A stretch of DNA of 64,000 bases from Candidatus Parcubacteria bacterium (GCA_021414235.1 JAIOOV010000004.1:409591-473590), one strand, 5' to 3'. Counted from the first letter of the stretch, positions 1-8,900 are shown. Translations and numbers: made by a program. Notes: generated by a model not told the origin, from the sequence alone.

Positions 1-8
1 CGGAAGCA

Positions 9-194
9 CTAAAAGATATCCTGCACCTTGAATCCTCCAGCAAAGAGACCGATAGCGAGGCCTCCAACCAGGGGTATGACGATCGTTTTGGGGAAATACA
101 ACAGGAGGATACTGATCGCGGCGAAGACAAAAGCCCAAGTAATGAGGTTCATATCGGGTTGTTCTAAGGTTCCAGATGCTTGCGACCTATCCAT
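9..194 (-). CDS. small hypothetical membrane protein (61 aa)
   Basis: ORF whose translation contains two hydrophobic helices (FVFAAISILLLYF, LVGGLAIGLFAGG). No recognisable motif. Sits at the 5' edge of the window. Confidence 0.3.
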   Translation of the reverse strand: MDRSQASGTLEQPDMNLITWAFVFAAISILLLYFPKTIVIPLVGGLAIGLFAGGFKVQDIF

Positions 195-249
195 GTGTAT
201 ATCATAGCATGTATTCCACTATGCAATACACGTAATACACATATACACT

Positions 250-855
250 GTGGATATCTCCGCCATGACACGACCTGGAAACCAGAACAAGCTCTTTGAT
301 ACGGGACTCCAGCTCCCTACGGGCCTGGTGTATAGGCCTGATTTCATTACCCCAGAAGAAGAACTGGAAATCCTCTCTTACATTGAAGACCTGCCGCTCG
401 AAGAGGCGCAATACAAGGAATACACCGCCAAGCGACGACACTTCTCCCTCGGCTGGGGCTATGATTTCGATAATAAGAAATTCATTCCCGGCCCTCCCCT
501 TCCGCCCTTTCTCCGTCCTGTGCAGATTCGTATCGGCAAATGGCTCGATATAGATCCAAAGAGGATCGTAGAAGCCCTCATTAACGAATACTCTCCTGGC
601 TCTGCCCTCGGCTGGCATCGAGACAACGAAGGCTTTGAGCATGTCATCGGTCTCTCGCTTTCAGGCTGGGCACGCATGCGCTTCCGTCCCATCAAACGCC
701 GTGAGGAAAAGAAAGATCTGAAGGATGTGGTAGCTCTGGAGCTAGAGCCACGCTCCGTCTACGTGATGCAAAAAGATATCCGCTGGAACTGGCAGCATTC
801 TGTGGCCAAGACTAAAACGATGCGGTATTCGATTACTTTTCGGACGCTACCCTAA
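250..855 (+). CDS. alkB: AlkB-like 2-oxoglutarate/Fe(II)-dependent dioxygenase (alkylated nucleic-acid repair)
   Basis: 201-aa ORF with AlkB-like layout: GWHRDNE (HxD iron ligands), a later His (WQHSV) and RxxxxxR near the C-terminus. Size and motif spacing are typical of the AlkB family. Confidence 0.7.
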   Translation: MDISAMTRPGNQNKLFDTGLQLPTGLVYRPDFITPEEELEILSYIEDLPLEEAQYKEYTAKRRHFSLGWGYDFDNKKFIPGPPLPPFLRPVQIRIGKWLDIDPKRIVEALINEYSPGSALGWHRDNEGFEHVIGLSLSGWARMRFRPIKRREEKKDLKDVVALELEPRSVYVMQKDIRWNWQHSVAKTKTMRYSITFRTLP

Positions 856-857
856 AT

Positions 858-1376
858 TTATTCGTGTTTTTCACCTTCATTAACTGGAGTTTCTTTCGAA
901 GCCAAGTCGATTTTTTGTAAAGATCTTTTTAGAATGCCTTCTTCGATAGTATCAATTGCTTCAATCATTTCGGTAAAACGCGTATCAGATAAAATCTTAT
1001 TACCTAATTTACAAGCTTCTTCGATTTCTAACTCAAATTTTTGAGAAAAAATCTGAGTTACCAAATCGTGCAGTATTTTATTTCTAATTACGCGATATGC
1101 GTGTAAATTTTTCTTTAAATCCTCATTCAAAACACCACTCTCAAAGAGAAAATCAATCAGACTGTATAAACTTTTTTGAGTGAAAGTGTCACGTATTTCT
1201 TGAGCAATCTTATCAAGCTCAGAGTTGGTATTTTGTTTGGTGATTCTAAAAACCTGAAAATCAACAATCATTTTAACTACTGCCTCCAGGTACGCACTTT
1301 GCAATAAAAAAGCTTCAAGAAATTGTTTTTTCAAAACAGAACCTTGGATATGATTCCTTAATTCTTGATTTTTCAT
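858..1376 (-). CDS. HEPN-motif protein (Rx4HxY-like, putative RNase/toxin-like), AT-rich horizontally acquired gene
   Basis: 172-aa ORF in a ~33% GC segment (neighbours ~58%). Contains 'AYRVIRNKILHDL', matching the HEPN Rx4-6H / HepT-like RNxxxHx[YL] motif. Its ATG (1374-1376) overlaps the alaS TGA stop (1373-1375) as ATGA. Its stop at 858 is 2 nt from the alkB stop at 855. Confidence 0.5.
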   Translation of the reverse strand: MKNQELRNHIQGSVLKKQFLEAFLLQSAYLEAVVKMIVDFQVFRITKQNTNSELDKIAQEIRDTFTQKSLYSLIDFLFESGVLNEDLKKNLHAYRVIRNKILHDLVTQIFSQKFELEIEEACKLGNKILSDTRFTEMIEAIDTIEEGILKRSLQKIDLASKETPVNEGEKHE

Positions 1377-3244
1377 CGAGATTCGAGAACAGCCTTTATC
1401 CTCCTCACCCCAGCGCTCACCGCTTCTTCCTTAGAAATCTTAAACACACCCATCTCGCCAGTGCGCGTAACATGCGGCCCACCGCAGAACTCAAGGCTGA
1501 AAGGCTTACCATCCTTCCCCATCACGGTATATATAGAAACCGTATCGCCATACTTCTCGCCGAAGAGTCCGATAGCTCCACGATTACGTGCCTCTTCAAG
1601 CGACACTTCCTCACGAACAACTTCCAGATCCTCCTGGATCTTCTCATTCACCAAGGCTTCAACCTTAGCGATCTCCTCGGGAGTCATCTTCTGCGGATGC
1701 GCAAAGTCGAAGCGCAGGCGCTCAGGAGTGATGTTGCTGCCTTTCTGCTGGACGTTCTCACCCAAGACAGTGCGAAGTGCCTTGTGGAGGAGGTGCGTGG
1801 CAGTGTGGTACTTCACCTCGATATCGGAGTGCCCCGCAAGGCCCCCTTTAAACTTCTTCTCCGAGCCAGCACGCGAGAGATCTTGATGCTTCTTCATCTC
1901 CTCATTAAATCCAGCACGATCCACCTCTAGCCCCCTCTCCGCTGCGAGCTCCTCAGTCACTTCAATAGGAAAACCATAGCTCTGGTAGAGATTGAAAGCT
2001 TCCAGGCCTGAGACATGATCGCCCGTACGGCGAGAGAACTCCTTGAGCCCCTTCTGGAGGGTCTCACGGAACTTCTCCTCCTCTTTGCGAATCTCCTCTA
2101 CGATCGCAGCCCTGCGCTCGCCCAGCTCTTTGTAGTCAGCCGCATAGGTATCAATCACCCCTTCCGCAAACATATGAAAATTACCCTCTTGGACGCCAAG
2201 GATATCGGAGAAGCGGATAGCGCGGCGAAGGAGACGGCGGAGAACATACCCCTGGTCAGTGTTAGACGGGATCACCCCATCGCCGATGAGGAATACGGAG
2301 GCACGGAGGTGATCCATGACCACACGAAAGGCGCGAGTCATCTTCTCGTCCTTGCCATACTCTCTACCAGATACCCGCTCTATGGCCTCCCGAAGATTCT
2401 GGAAGAGATCCGTCTTGAATACATCCGGATCATCATTCAGCGCCGCAGCGATACGCTCCAAGCCTCCGCCGAAGTCCACATTGGGAGCAGGCAGCTTCTC
2501 GAAAGCACCATTCTTCTTCACATACTGCATGAACACGTTGTTACCGATCTCTAAGAAACGGCCGCAATCGCAGTTCACATGGCACGGCTCATCCTTCCAG
2601 ATGGATTCCTCGTGCAGCCCACGCTCAATGCCAAAGTCCCAGAACATCTCCGTGTCAGGTCCCCCTGGTTCCCCTTCCGGCATGTTCTCTGGTACACCTG
2701 CACGACTCCACCAGTTCTTCTTGTCGCCATAATAAAAGATGCGCGCTCCCTGCGTACCCTTAGTCTCGGCATCTTCTGCTATTTGTGCATCTACGCCCTT
2801 CTCAGAGAGAAGCTTGACCCACAGCCCGGCAGCTTCAGTATCACGAGGTATTCCAAGCGCTTCGTTCCCCGCGTGGCAGGTGAAGTAGAGACGCTTAGGA
2901 TCAAGACCAATCTCGGTCGTCAAAAACTCAAACATCCAAGGGATCTGTTCTTGTTTGAAATAGTCACCAAAGGACCAGTTACCGAGCATCTCGAAGAAAG
3001 TAGTATGGCGATTGTCCCCCACCTCCTCGATATCTTGCGCACGAAAAGACTTCTGGCTGTCGGCCACGCGCTTGCCCAGAGGGTGCGGCTGGCCCAGGAA
3101 GTACGGAAGCATCGGCTGCATGCCAGAACCCGTAAAGAGAGTCGTCGGGTCGTTCTCAGGAACGAGTGGGGCCGAAGGCACGATGGCGTGGCCCTTTGAT
3201 TTGAAAAACTCCAGGTATTTGCTCCGTATTTCGCTAGTGTTCAC
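1373..3244 (-). CDS. alaS: alanine--tRNA ligase (short form lacking the C-terminal C-Ala/DHHA1 domain)
   Basis: Class II AlaRS signatures: N-terminal TSEIRSKYLEFFKSKGHAIVPSAPLVPENDPTTLF, FWDFGIERG, and an editing domain with HTATHLLH and CGGPH zinc motifs. The ORF extends upstream to 3454, but a GTG at ~3244 (ITG-V-NTSEIR) aligns with canonical AlaRS N-termini. The protein ends right after the editing domain. Confidence 0.9.
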   Translation of the reverse strand: MNTSEIRSKYLEFFKSKGHAIVPSAPLVPENDPTTLFTGSGMQPMLPYFLGQPHPLGKRVADSQKSFRAQDIEEVGDNRHTTFFEMLGNWSFGDYFKQEQIPWMFEFLTTEIGLDPKRLYFTCHAGNEALGIPRDTEAAGLWVKLLSEKGVDAQIAEDAETKGTQGARIFYYGDKKNWWSRAGVPENMPEGEPGGPDTEMFWDFGIERGLHEESIWKDEPCHVNCDCGRFLEIGNNVFMQYVKKNGAFEKLPAPNVDFGGGLERIAAALNDDPDVFKTDLFQNLREAIERVSGREYGKDEKMTRAFRVVMDHLRASVFLIGDGVIPSNTDQGYVLRRLLRRAIRFSDILGVQEGNFHMFAEGVIDTYAADYKELGERRAAIVEEIRKEEEKFRETLQKGLKEFSRRTGDHVSGLEAFNLYQSYGFPIEVTEELAAERGLEVDRAGFNEEMKKHQDLSRAGSEKKFKGGLAGHSDIEVKYHTATHLLHKALRTVLGENVQQKGSNITPERLRFDFAHPQKMTPEEIAKVEALVNEKIQEDLEVVREEVSLEEARNRGAIGLFGEKYGDTVSIYTVMGKDGKPFSLEFCGGPHVTRTGEMGVFKISKEEAVSAGVRRIKAVLESR

Positions 3245-3329
3245 GCCCGTTATGCTAGCAGAATAAAGGCTTTTTGAGTAGTAAAAAGAAAAGCCTACGG
3301 CCCCGGAGGGCTTTCGGCTTCTCATTCGG

Positions 3330-3692
3330 TTATTGCGGAATCGGTTCGCCTCGCCGGCGTCCGCGCTTGAGAAGTGCAGCATCAAGGTCACCCATGACCT
3401 TCTTTCCGAAATTGGGCACCCTGAGCAGCTCTTGCTCGGTCTTCGCCAGAACATCTCGAATGGTCCTGATCTCGCTGTTCAGGAGAGGATTTAGCACCCT
3501 CGCCGGCAAATGAAGCGCATCAAGAGACTCATCGAGGCCGATAGTGGCCTCAGCAGTACCCTTCATCAGGGCAAGAAACGCGGCGAGTTCCTCAGGGGTC
3601 AGCTTTTCCCGGAGAAACGAAGCCGCGACACACGAACGACACGGCGCGAGAGGAACACACCTCTCTTCGTGGTCTATCAAGAACATCTTCAT
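3330..3692 (-). CDS. small protein with RNAP alpha-CTD-like helix-hairpin-helix domain and N-terminal Cys cluster
   Basis: The C-terminal ELLRVPNFGKKVMGDLDAALLKRG resembles the RpoA C-terminal HhH domain. The N-terminal HEERCVPLAPCRSC carries 3 Cys. Preferred start is the ATG at 3692 (MKMFLID) with a GGAAGGTG-like RBS. The ORF could extend to 3758. Confidence 0.45.
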   Translation of the reverse strand: MKMFLIDHEERCVPLAPCRSCVAASFLREKLTPEELAAFLALMKGTAEATIGLDESLDALHLPARVLNPLLNSEIRTIRDVLAKTEQELLRVPNFGKKVMGDLDAALLKRGRRRGEPIPQ

Positions 3693-3770
3693 CTTCAGCA
3701 CCTTCCCGTTCGGAACTAGATACCCGTACTTTTTGCCATTACCTAGACACAAAGTCAATAGGTATGAATA

Positions 3771-4370
3771 TTATCTATCCTTGTTAAAACGACTCACGAA
3801 CAAGAAAGTAGTCAGATTCTTTTTCTTATCCTGCAGGTTCTCCCGGAGGATATCGAGTCCATAGATCTCCCCTGCAGTGCGCGAAGCGATGACTGCAGTA
3901 CCTAGGGGTAGCTTGCCCTTGGCGAGCGCGCTTGCGGCGGTAGCCTGATCTACCAGGATACCGTCGCCAGAGACAGTCTTCGCCTTTGGATAGAGCTTGG
4001 TGACAGTCTTCTTGGTCTGCGCGAGCGCCTGAGGGTGGGACATGATGATCTTTATATCCTTCTCCTTCGTCCCCGGCTTCGCCAAGAGACAATGCCGCAC
4101 CGGCAGCTTATAGCTATCCAAAATCTTGCAGTTGAACTCAGAGAGCGCATTGACCGTCTCCCAGACCGTGCCGCCGATGGAGTTCTCGATAGCAAAGATC
4201 CCGCGATCAATCTTCTTCTCATGGAGTGCCTCGAGTACTCTCCTCGTTGTATAGAGATATTTTATGCGGAACTTAGTAATCCCCTTCTCTTTCGTATAGA
4301 GACGGATGGCTTCCTCATTGAAGCTCCCCTCTCCTCCTTGGATACCGATGACGAGCGTGTCAGATGCCAT
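3771..4370 (-). CDS. pheA: prephenate dehydratase catalytic domain protein (no ACT regulatory domain)
   Basis: PDT-domain motifs: IGIQGGEGSFNEEA, ENSIGGTV, SHPQALAQ and NLTTFLFVSR (the TRF-like motif). Only 199 aa, so no ACT domain. The start codon abuts the pepF stop. Confidence 0.7.
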   Translation of the reverse strand: MASDTLVIGIQGGEGSFNEEAIRLYTKEKGITKFRIKYLYTTRRVLEALHEKKIDRGIFAIENSIGGTVWETVNALSEFNCKILDSYKLPVRHCLLAKPGTKEKDIKIIMSHPQALAQTKKTVTKLYPKAKTVSGDGILVDQATAASALAKGKLPLGTAVIASRTAGEIYGLDILRENLQDKKKNLTTFLFVSRFNKDR

Positions 4371-6155
4371 TTATTTCTCCCCCGTAATCTCCGGTAAGAG
4401 TTTCTCGAACTCATCGATATCCGCCTTAATACTCTTCAGTCCCTCCTCGAAGACTCCAATATCGAGGGTATTGAGGCCAATATCCTTGAAGATCTGCTCC
4501 GGCTTCTTGCTTCCTCCTGCCGTGAGGAACTGATCAATCTTCTTGATGTAGGCAGGATCTTTCTTGTAGCGGCTGACGAGCGCCTTGCTGATGAGCTGGC
4601 CATAGGCGTAGGAGTAGACGTAGAAGGGTCTGCGGAAATGCATCACCGCTACGAAGAAGTAGCCGTCGCTCTCGGAGAGCTTGAAGCCCTTACCCAAGTA
4701 CGACTGCATATGCTTGTTGAGGAGCGCGGCGATGCTGTCCTTGTCCAAGAAGCCTTCTTTGCGCACTCTCTGGTGGAACTCGAGCTCGAAGTTGAAGAAG
4801 GCGATCTGGCGGAAGATGGTCTGGATGTCGTCCTGAATCTTGTCATGGAGCGCGATGGCGCGATCCCGCCCAGAGAGCTTCTTGAAGATGGAGTCGAACA
4901 CCAACGCTTCAAAGAGCGTGCTGGCGGTCTCGGCTACAGAAGTGGAATAGTCCTGATACAGCACAGGCTGCGCTTTGCTCTTCTCCGTATGTATTGCATG
5001 CCCCATCTCATGCGCCAGGGTCATGGTGGAGTTGAGATTGTCCACGTGGTTGAGCAGCACCATGGTAGGCATATTGGTATTACCGGAGCAGTAAGCTCCG
5101 CCTGCCTTGCCCTTCTTGGGAAAGACATCAATCTGCCCGCTCTTTAGGAAGCGATCGAGAATAGAACCGTAGGATTCATCCAATCCGTAGAAAACATCAC
5201 GCACGGTTGTGAGGCCCTCTTCAAACGGAATCTTTTCATCAGTTTTTCCTATGGAAACGGCCCTATCCGCATATTCCATATGCGGAAGTCCGAGTGCCTT
5301 CTGCTTAAGTGCGTGGAAGCGCTGGCTGAGCGGGAAGCCCTTGCTCACCGCCTTCACTAGATTAAGGATGGCGCGCTCATCATTCTCATAGCCGATGATG
5401 GTAGCTGAGTACGGTTCCTTGTATCCCCGCAGCTCATCACTCACCTTCTTGTTTTCCGCGACCGCGTTCATCTCCCCCTCTGCAAAATCTCCCACCCCGC
5501 GGAGCGCCTCTGTGACCATGCGTCCGAGCGCGCGACGGTCTTCCGTAGGCAGCATGGAAATCTTGTTCATGGCTCCCGCAAGAGGCATCTCCTCGCCCTT
5601 GAAATTGATGGTGAGCTTGCGCTGCGCCTTCTCCACGCCATCCACCCAGAGTTCGGAAGAAGCTTTGCGCTTGAGGCTGAGGATCTTCTCCTCCGGTTCA
5701 GAGAGATTGTACTTGGCCGTCTCAAAGGTACTTTCGAGGAAATAGCGGTAGGGAGCGAAGCGAGGACTCTTCAAAAGTTTCTTCTGGAAGGCTTTATCAA
5801 TCTTCCCCAAAGAGAGTCCGAAGAAGATGACTTCGTTCCCTGCCTTGGTGAAGCGGTCAGAGAGACGGTTAATGAGGGCTTCGGCTTCACGATTCTCGGA
5901 ATCAAGTTCCCTTACAAAATTGACGTACATGAGGGCCTTTGCGGGAATAGCCTCGAGCGTCTCCAGGTCCTTAAGTGCAGAAAGTAGCTTGCCTTCATTC
6001 TTGAGATAATCCGACTTTCCTTTATATTTCTTAGCGAAAGCAAGTATTGCCTTCTCAAGCGCCCGCGTATCCTTCTCTATTTTCGGATCCTTGAGCGAGG
6101 AGTAGTCGTAGGTCTTGAGATCCCAGCCGGTTTGATAGTTCTTGAGAGGAGGCAT
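4371..6155 (-). CDS. pepF: oligoendopeptidase F (M3B family zinc metallopeptidase)
   Basis: 594 aa, HEMGHAIH (HExxH) zinc-binding motif. Size and layout typical of PepF. Confidence 0.85.
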   Translation of the reverse strand: MPPLKNYQTGWDLKTYDYSSLKDPKIEKDTRALEKAILAFAKKYKGKSDYLKNEGKLLSALKDLETLEAIPAKALMYVNFVRELDSENREAEALINRLSDRFTKAGNEVIFFGLSLGKIDKAFQKKLLKSPRFAPYRYFLESTFETAKYNLSEPEEKILSLKRKASSELWVDGVEKAQRKLTINFKGEEMPLAGAMNKISMLPTEDRRALGRMVTEALRGVGDFAEGEMNAVAENKKVSDELRGYKEPYSATIIGYENDERAILNLVKAVSKGFPLSQRFHALKQKALGLPHMEYADRAVSIGKTDEKIPFEEGLTTVRDVFYGLDESYGSILDRFLKSGQIDVFPKKGKAGGAYCSGNTNMPTMVLLNHVDNLNSTMTLAHEMGHAIHTEKSKAQPVLYQDYSTSVAETASTLFEALVFDSIFKKLSGRDRAIALHDKIQDDIQTIFRQIAFFNFELEFHQRVRKEGFLDKDSIAALLNKHMQSYLGKGFKLSESDGYFFVAVMHFRRPFYVYSYAYGQLISKALVSRYKKDPAYIKKIDQFLTAGGSKKPEQIFKDIGLNTLDIGVFEEGLKSIKADIDEFEKLLPEITGEK

Positions 6156-6171
6156 GTGAGTACAGGATTAA

Positions 6172-6594
6172 TTACTTGAAAGCGATGAGGACAGCTCCAG
6201 CGGTAATGAGGAGGGCTCCGAGGGCTGTTTTTACCGTGAGCGCCTCCCCCAGGAAGAGCGCTGCGAAGATTATCACCAATACGATGCTGAGGCGATCGAT
6301 GGCGGAGACGCCGCTTGCCGTACCGCTCTGAAGCGCCAGGAAATAAAATATCCAGGAGAGCGCGCCCGCAATAGCTGAGAGCACGATGAAGCCAAACACC
6401 TTGGAGCCGAGGAATTCTCCCGTGAGCTTAGAGAACGATCCTGCGAAGAAGGCTACTGGAAGCAAAAAGAGCGTCATCACCACCGCCCGCAATGTAGTAG
6501 CGAGGGTTGAATCCACCCCCTTCACCCCGATCTTGCCGAAGATGGCGGTAGCCGCCGCGAGGACTGCCGAGAGAAACGCATAAAGCATCCACAT
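6172..6594 (-). CDS. small polytopic membrane protein, tentatively DMT/EamA-type
   Basis: 140 aa with 4 predicted TM helices. The EamA/DMT half-domain assignment rests only on this size and hydrophobicity pattern, not on a conserved motif. Confidence 0.55.
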   Translation of the reverse strand: MWMLYAFLSAVLAAATAIFGKIGVKGVDSTLATTLRAVVMTLFLLPVAFFAGSFSKLTGEFLGSKVFGFIVLSAIAGALSWIFYFLALQSGTASGVSAIDRLSIVLVIIFAALFLGEALTVKTALGALLITAGAVLIAFK

Positions 6595-6604
6595 AGGTTT
6601 GTTG

Positions 6605-7177
6605 TTAGCAATTAAACACCTCCTTGCCGCGCTTTACCATTTCCTGGTATTCCGCGACGATCGGGCTCTCCAGACGACGCTCCAGCACCCCGAGAACTTC
6701 CCGATAGAACCACATCTGCTCCTCGATAGGTACGCGGAAGTTCTGCCAGATGGCCTCGCCATGGATATCGAAATCACTGATGGTGGTAGAGAGGTTGTGG
6801 ATCTTGTCCGCCGCAGCGATCATGAGCCCCTCCGCACTCGCCTGCTCCAGGCCCTCCACATACGCACGCTTCCTGTCCTTCCAAGAGATCGGGGAACCAT
6901 CCCTCTCCTTCTCTTCGGTGACCTCAACCACCATCATCGCCACCCGTGAACCGAAATCGGCCTCAAGCGCCTCACGAGTATAGCCGGTGTCCTCGAGCGA
7001 ATCATGCAGGAGTCCGCCGATGACCACATCCTCGTCCTTGGCATGATTAGAGAGAAGCGCCGCCACCGAGAAGAGATGGCTCACATAGGGAATATCCCGC
7101 TTCGCCCGGCGCTTCTGTCCGTCATGGAGAAGGCAGGCGGCCCTGATGGCTTGTTCGATGCGCGGAGTAAGGTACAT
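6605..7177 (-). CDS. HD-domain (p)ppGpp hydrolase-like protein (small alarmone hydrolase / SpoT N-terminal-like)
   Basis: H...HD...LHDSLEDT pattern (LLHDGQ, LLHDSLEDT) as in RelA/SpoT hydrolase HD domains. 190 aa, with no synthetase domain. Confidence 0.65.
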   Translation of the reverse strand: MYLTPRIEQAIRAACLLHDGQKRRAKRDIPYVSHLFSVAALLSNHAKDEDVVIGGLLHDSLEDTGYTREALEADFGSRVAMMVVEVTEEKERDGSPISWKDRKRAYVEGLEQASAEGLMIAAADKIHNLSTTISDFDIHGEAIWQNFRVPIEEQMWFYREVLGVLERRLESPIVAEYQEMVKRGKEVFNC

Positions 7178-7179
7178 GG

Positions 7180-7782
7180 TTAATTTACGTGAAAAGGGAT
7201 ATGAGCGAAATCTTTAAGAAGGGTTTCTTTCAAGGCAGGATTATAAATGGCGGAAGCCGGATGGTACAGTGGAAAGATAGTAATCTCTCCGTACGAAGTC
7301 CTTGCAGGAAGAGCCTGCCCATGGAGCGCGCCGATAGTGTCGAGGCGATCCTCAAGCCCCAGCTTCTGCATGACGTAGACCATCGAGTAGCGCCCGAGAG
7401 TGGCGATCACCTTCGGCTGTATGATCTCGATCTGCCGATCAAGGAACGGTCCGTAGCTCGCGATCTCTTCCGGCAGCGGATCGCGGTTCTGAGGCGGGCG
7501 ATCCTTCACGATATTGGTGATATAGATGTCCTCGCGCGGGATATGCACGGAAGCTAAGAGCTCGTCGAGGATCTTGCCCGCGGCCCCGCAGAAGGGGCGG
7601 CCGGTCTTAGCTTCATTCCTCCCTGGAGCCTCCCCTACAAACATGATCTCTGCATCACAGCTTCCCTCACCGATCACCGGCAGATACTTGTTCTCCGTGC
7701 GATATGCGTAAAGCGGAGAGGAAGTAAGCGCCAGCACCTCTCCCTCTATCTGCCGCATCTTCTCTTTCTTCCCCTCGTTCAT
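7180..7782 (-). CDS. udg: uracil-DNA glycosylase, family 4
   Basis: Has the GEAPG motif (MFVGEAPGRNEAKTGRPFCGAAG) and the C-terminal HPSP-like motif (YHPASAIY), characteristic of family-4 UDG. Confidence 0.85.
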   Translation of the reverse strand: MNEGKKEKMRQIEGEVLALTSSPLYAYRTENKYLPVIGEGSCDAEIMFVGEAPGRNEAKTGRPFCGAAGKILDELLASVHIPREDIYITNIVKDRPPQNRDPLPEEIASYGPFLDRQIEIIQPKVIATLGRYSMVYVMQKLGLEDRLDTIGALHGQALPARTSYGEITIFPLYHPASAIYNPALKETLLKDFAHIPFHVN

Positions 7783-8060
7783 ATCTTGACCCCTTCCGCC
7801 CGAAGCTTCGCTACCTTGCGTTCAATACCTCCATTGTAGCCGCCCAGCTTGCCATCTGAACGGAGTACCCGATGGCATGGCACCTTAGGATCCTGATTGC
7901 GACTCATGACGGTACCCACCGCACGCGAGGCCCCCGGATTCCCCGCCTTCGCCGCTACCTCCTTGTAGGTCATGGTCTTTCCTTTGGGGATATCTTTGAC
8001 CACCGCGCGCACACGCTCAGCAAAGGATTTTATCTTAAACTCCGTGAGTCTTGATTTCAT
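7779..8060 (-). CDS. ogt: methylated-DNA--protein-cysteine methyltransferase, C-terminal (DNA-binding/active-site) domain only
   Basis: 93 aa containing the PCHRV active-site motif and a downstream HTH. There is no N-terminal domain. It overlaps udg by 4 nt (ATGA-type coupling). Confidence 0.8.
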   Translation of the reverse strand: MKSRLTEFKIKSFAERVRAVVKDIPKGKTMTYKEVAAKAGNPGASRAVGTVMSRNQDPKVPCHRVLRSDGKLGGYNGGIERKVAKLRAEGVKI

Positions 8061-8061
8061 A

Positions 8062-8838
8062 TTATTTCCTTACGAGAGCCTGCAGCTTCTTCCCCGCCGC
8101 TTCTCGATATGGACAATACTCGCAGGCATTACCCACCTTGGGTAATTTATCGCTCTCAAGGCAGGCCTTGATCTCGGGCAGGACCTTGTCGATCCACTCC
8201 GTCTCTCCTTCACACGGAATCACCGTTATCTCAAACTCAAGCTGCGCATCGAAAGCCGCCTTGTCCTTGCTCGCATTCGCGTACACGAAATACCCCGTCT
8301 TGGAGACTGGATATCCATTCTTACTCAAAAGCCACTGATATACGCCCATCTGCCGCTGGTACTGGGCTTCCCAGGCGGAATCAGCCAGCGTCTCGATCTT
8401 GCCGTCCTTGGACGTAGCCTTGTAATCGACAACAATGAGTTCACCCTCTGGGTTCTGCCAGACATCGTCCACTGCTCCGGAAATGACGAAACCGGTCTCC
8501 TTGTCGCGATATTCCACTCCCTTGAAATTCTCCCTCCAGACATCCATCTTCGGATCTGCAAAGGGTATGGCATCCACCCCATACGCCTTCATGAGCGGGT
8601 GCGTAGAGCCATTCGCTCGATGTACGTCGAATTCCTTCTTGAGGAGCGCGTCGACGGCAATGTTTAGAGTAAAAGACGGTCCGCGGGGACGCCCGGTGCC
8701 GAGCTTGTTATCTAAATAGAAACAACGCGGGCATTCTATGAAAAGGTCGATCTTGGAGCGGGACAGGCGCCACTTGGGACCACCGTAATTCCAATCCGGA
8801 CTTCGGTTGGGATTGTACATCTTTCGCTCATCGCTCAT
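8062..8838 (-). CDS. PD-(D/E)XK nuclease, Cas4/RecB-like with Fe-S cluster cysteines
   Basis: Has the VVDYKATS (D-x-K) catalytic motif. An N-terminal CPRC plus C-terminal CEYCPY matches the 1+3 Cys pattern of Cas4/AddB-type nucleases. No CRISPR array or cas genes are nearby. Confidence 0.65.
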   Translation of the reverse strand: MSDERKMYNPNRSPDWNYGGPKWRLSRSKIDLFIECPRCFYLDNKLGTGRPRGPSFTLNIAVDALLKKEFDVHRANGSTHPLMKAYGVDAIPFADPKMDVWRENFKGVEYRDKETGFVISGAVDDVWQNPEGELIVVDYKATSKDGKIETLADSAWEAQYQRQMGVYQWLLSKNGYPVSKTGYFVYANASKDKAAFDAQLEFEITVIPCEGETEWIDKVLPEIKACLESDKLPKVGNACEYCPYREAAGKKLQALVRK

Positions 8839-8867
8839 CTGCTCACTATATCACTTTGCTTCGAGAC

Positions 8868-8900
8868 AAAGAAAAAACCCGAGCGCGGTTGGCGCTCGGG
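8868..8900 (-). terminator. rho-independent terminator (downstream of mgtC)
   Basis: Perfect 9-bp stem CCCGAGCGC/GCGCTCGGG with a 5-nt loop. It is followed on the minus strand by TTTTTTTCTTT. Confidence 0.6.

Noticed and set aside
195-249. AT-rich segment with GTGTATAT...ATATACAC inverted repeat and ATACAC direct repeats between the 9..194 ORF and alkB
   Set aside because: Likely just a divergent promoter region. It is too short and degenerate to call a specific operator or mobile-element end.
3245-3454. N-terminal 70-aa extension of the alaS ORF
   Set aside because: The extension is Arg/Ser-rich and not AlaRS-like. A GTG at ~3244 aligns exactly with canonical AlaRS N-termini (TSEIRSKYLEFF...). 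The same logic removes the N-terminal extensions of atpA, atpH, atpB, uvrC, the FAD oxidoreductase and the 35109/36444 ORFs.
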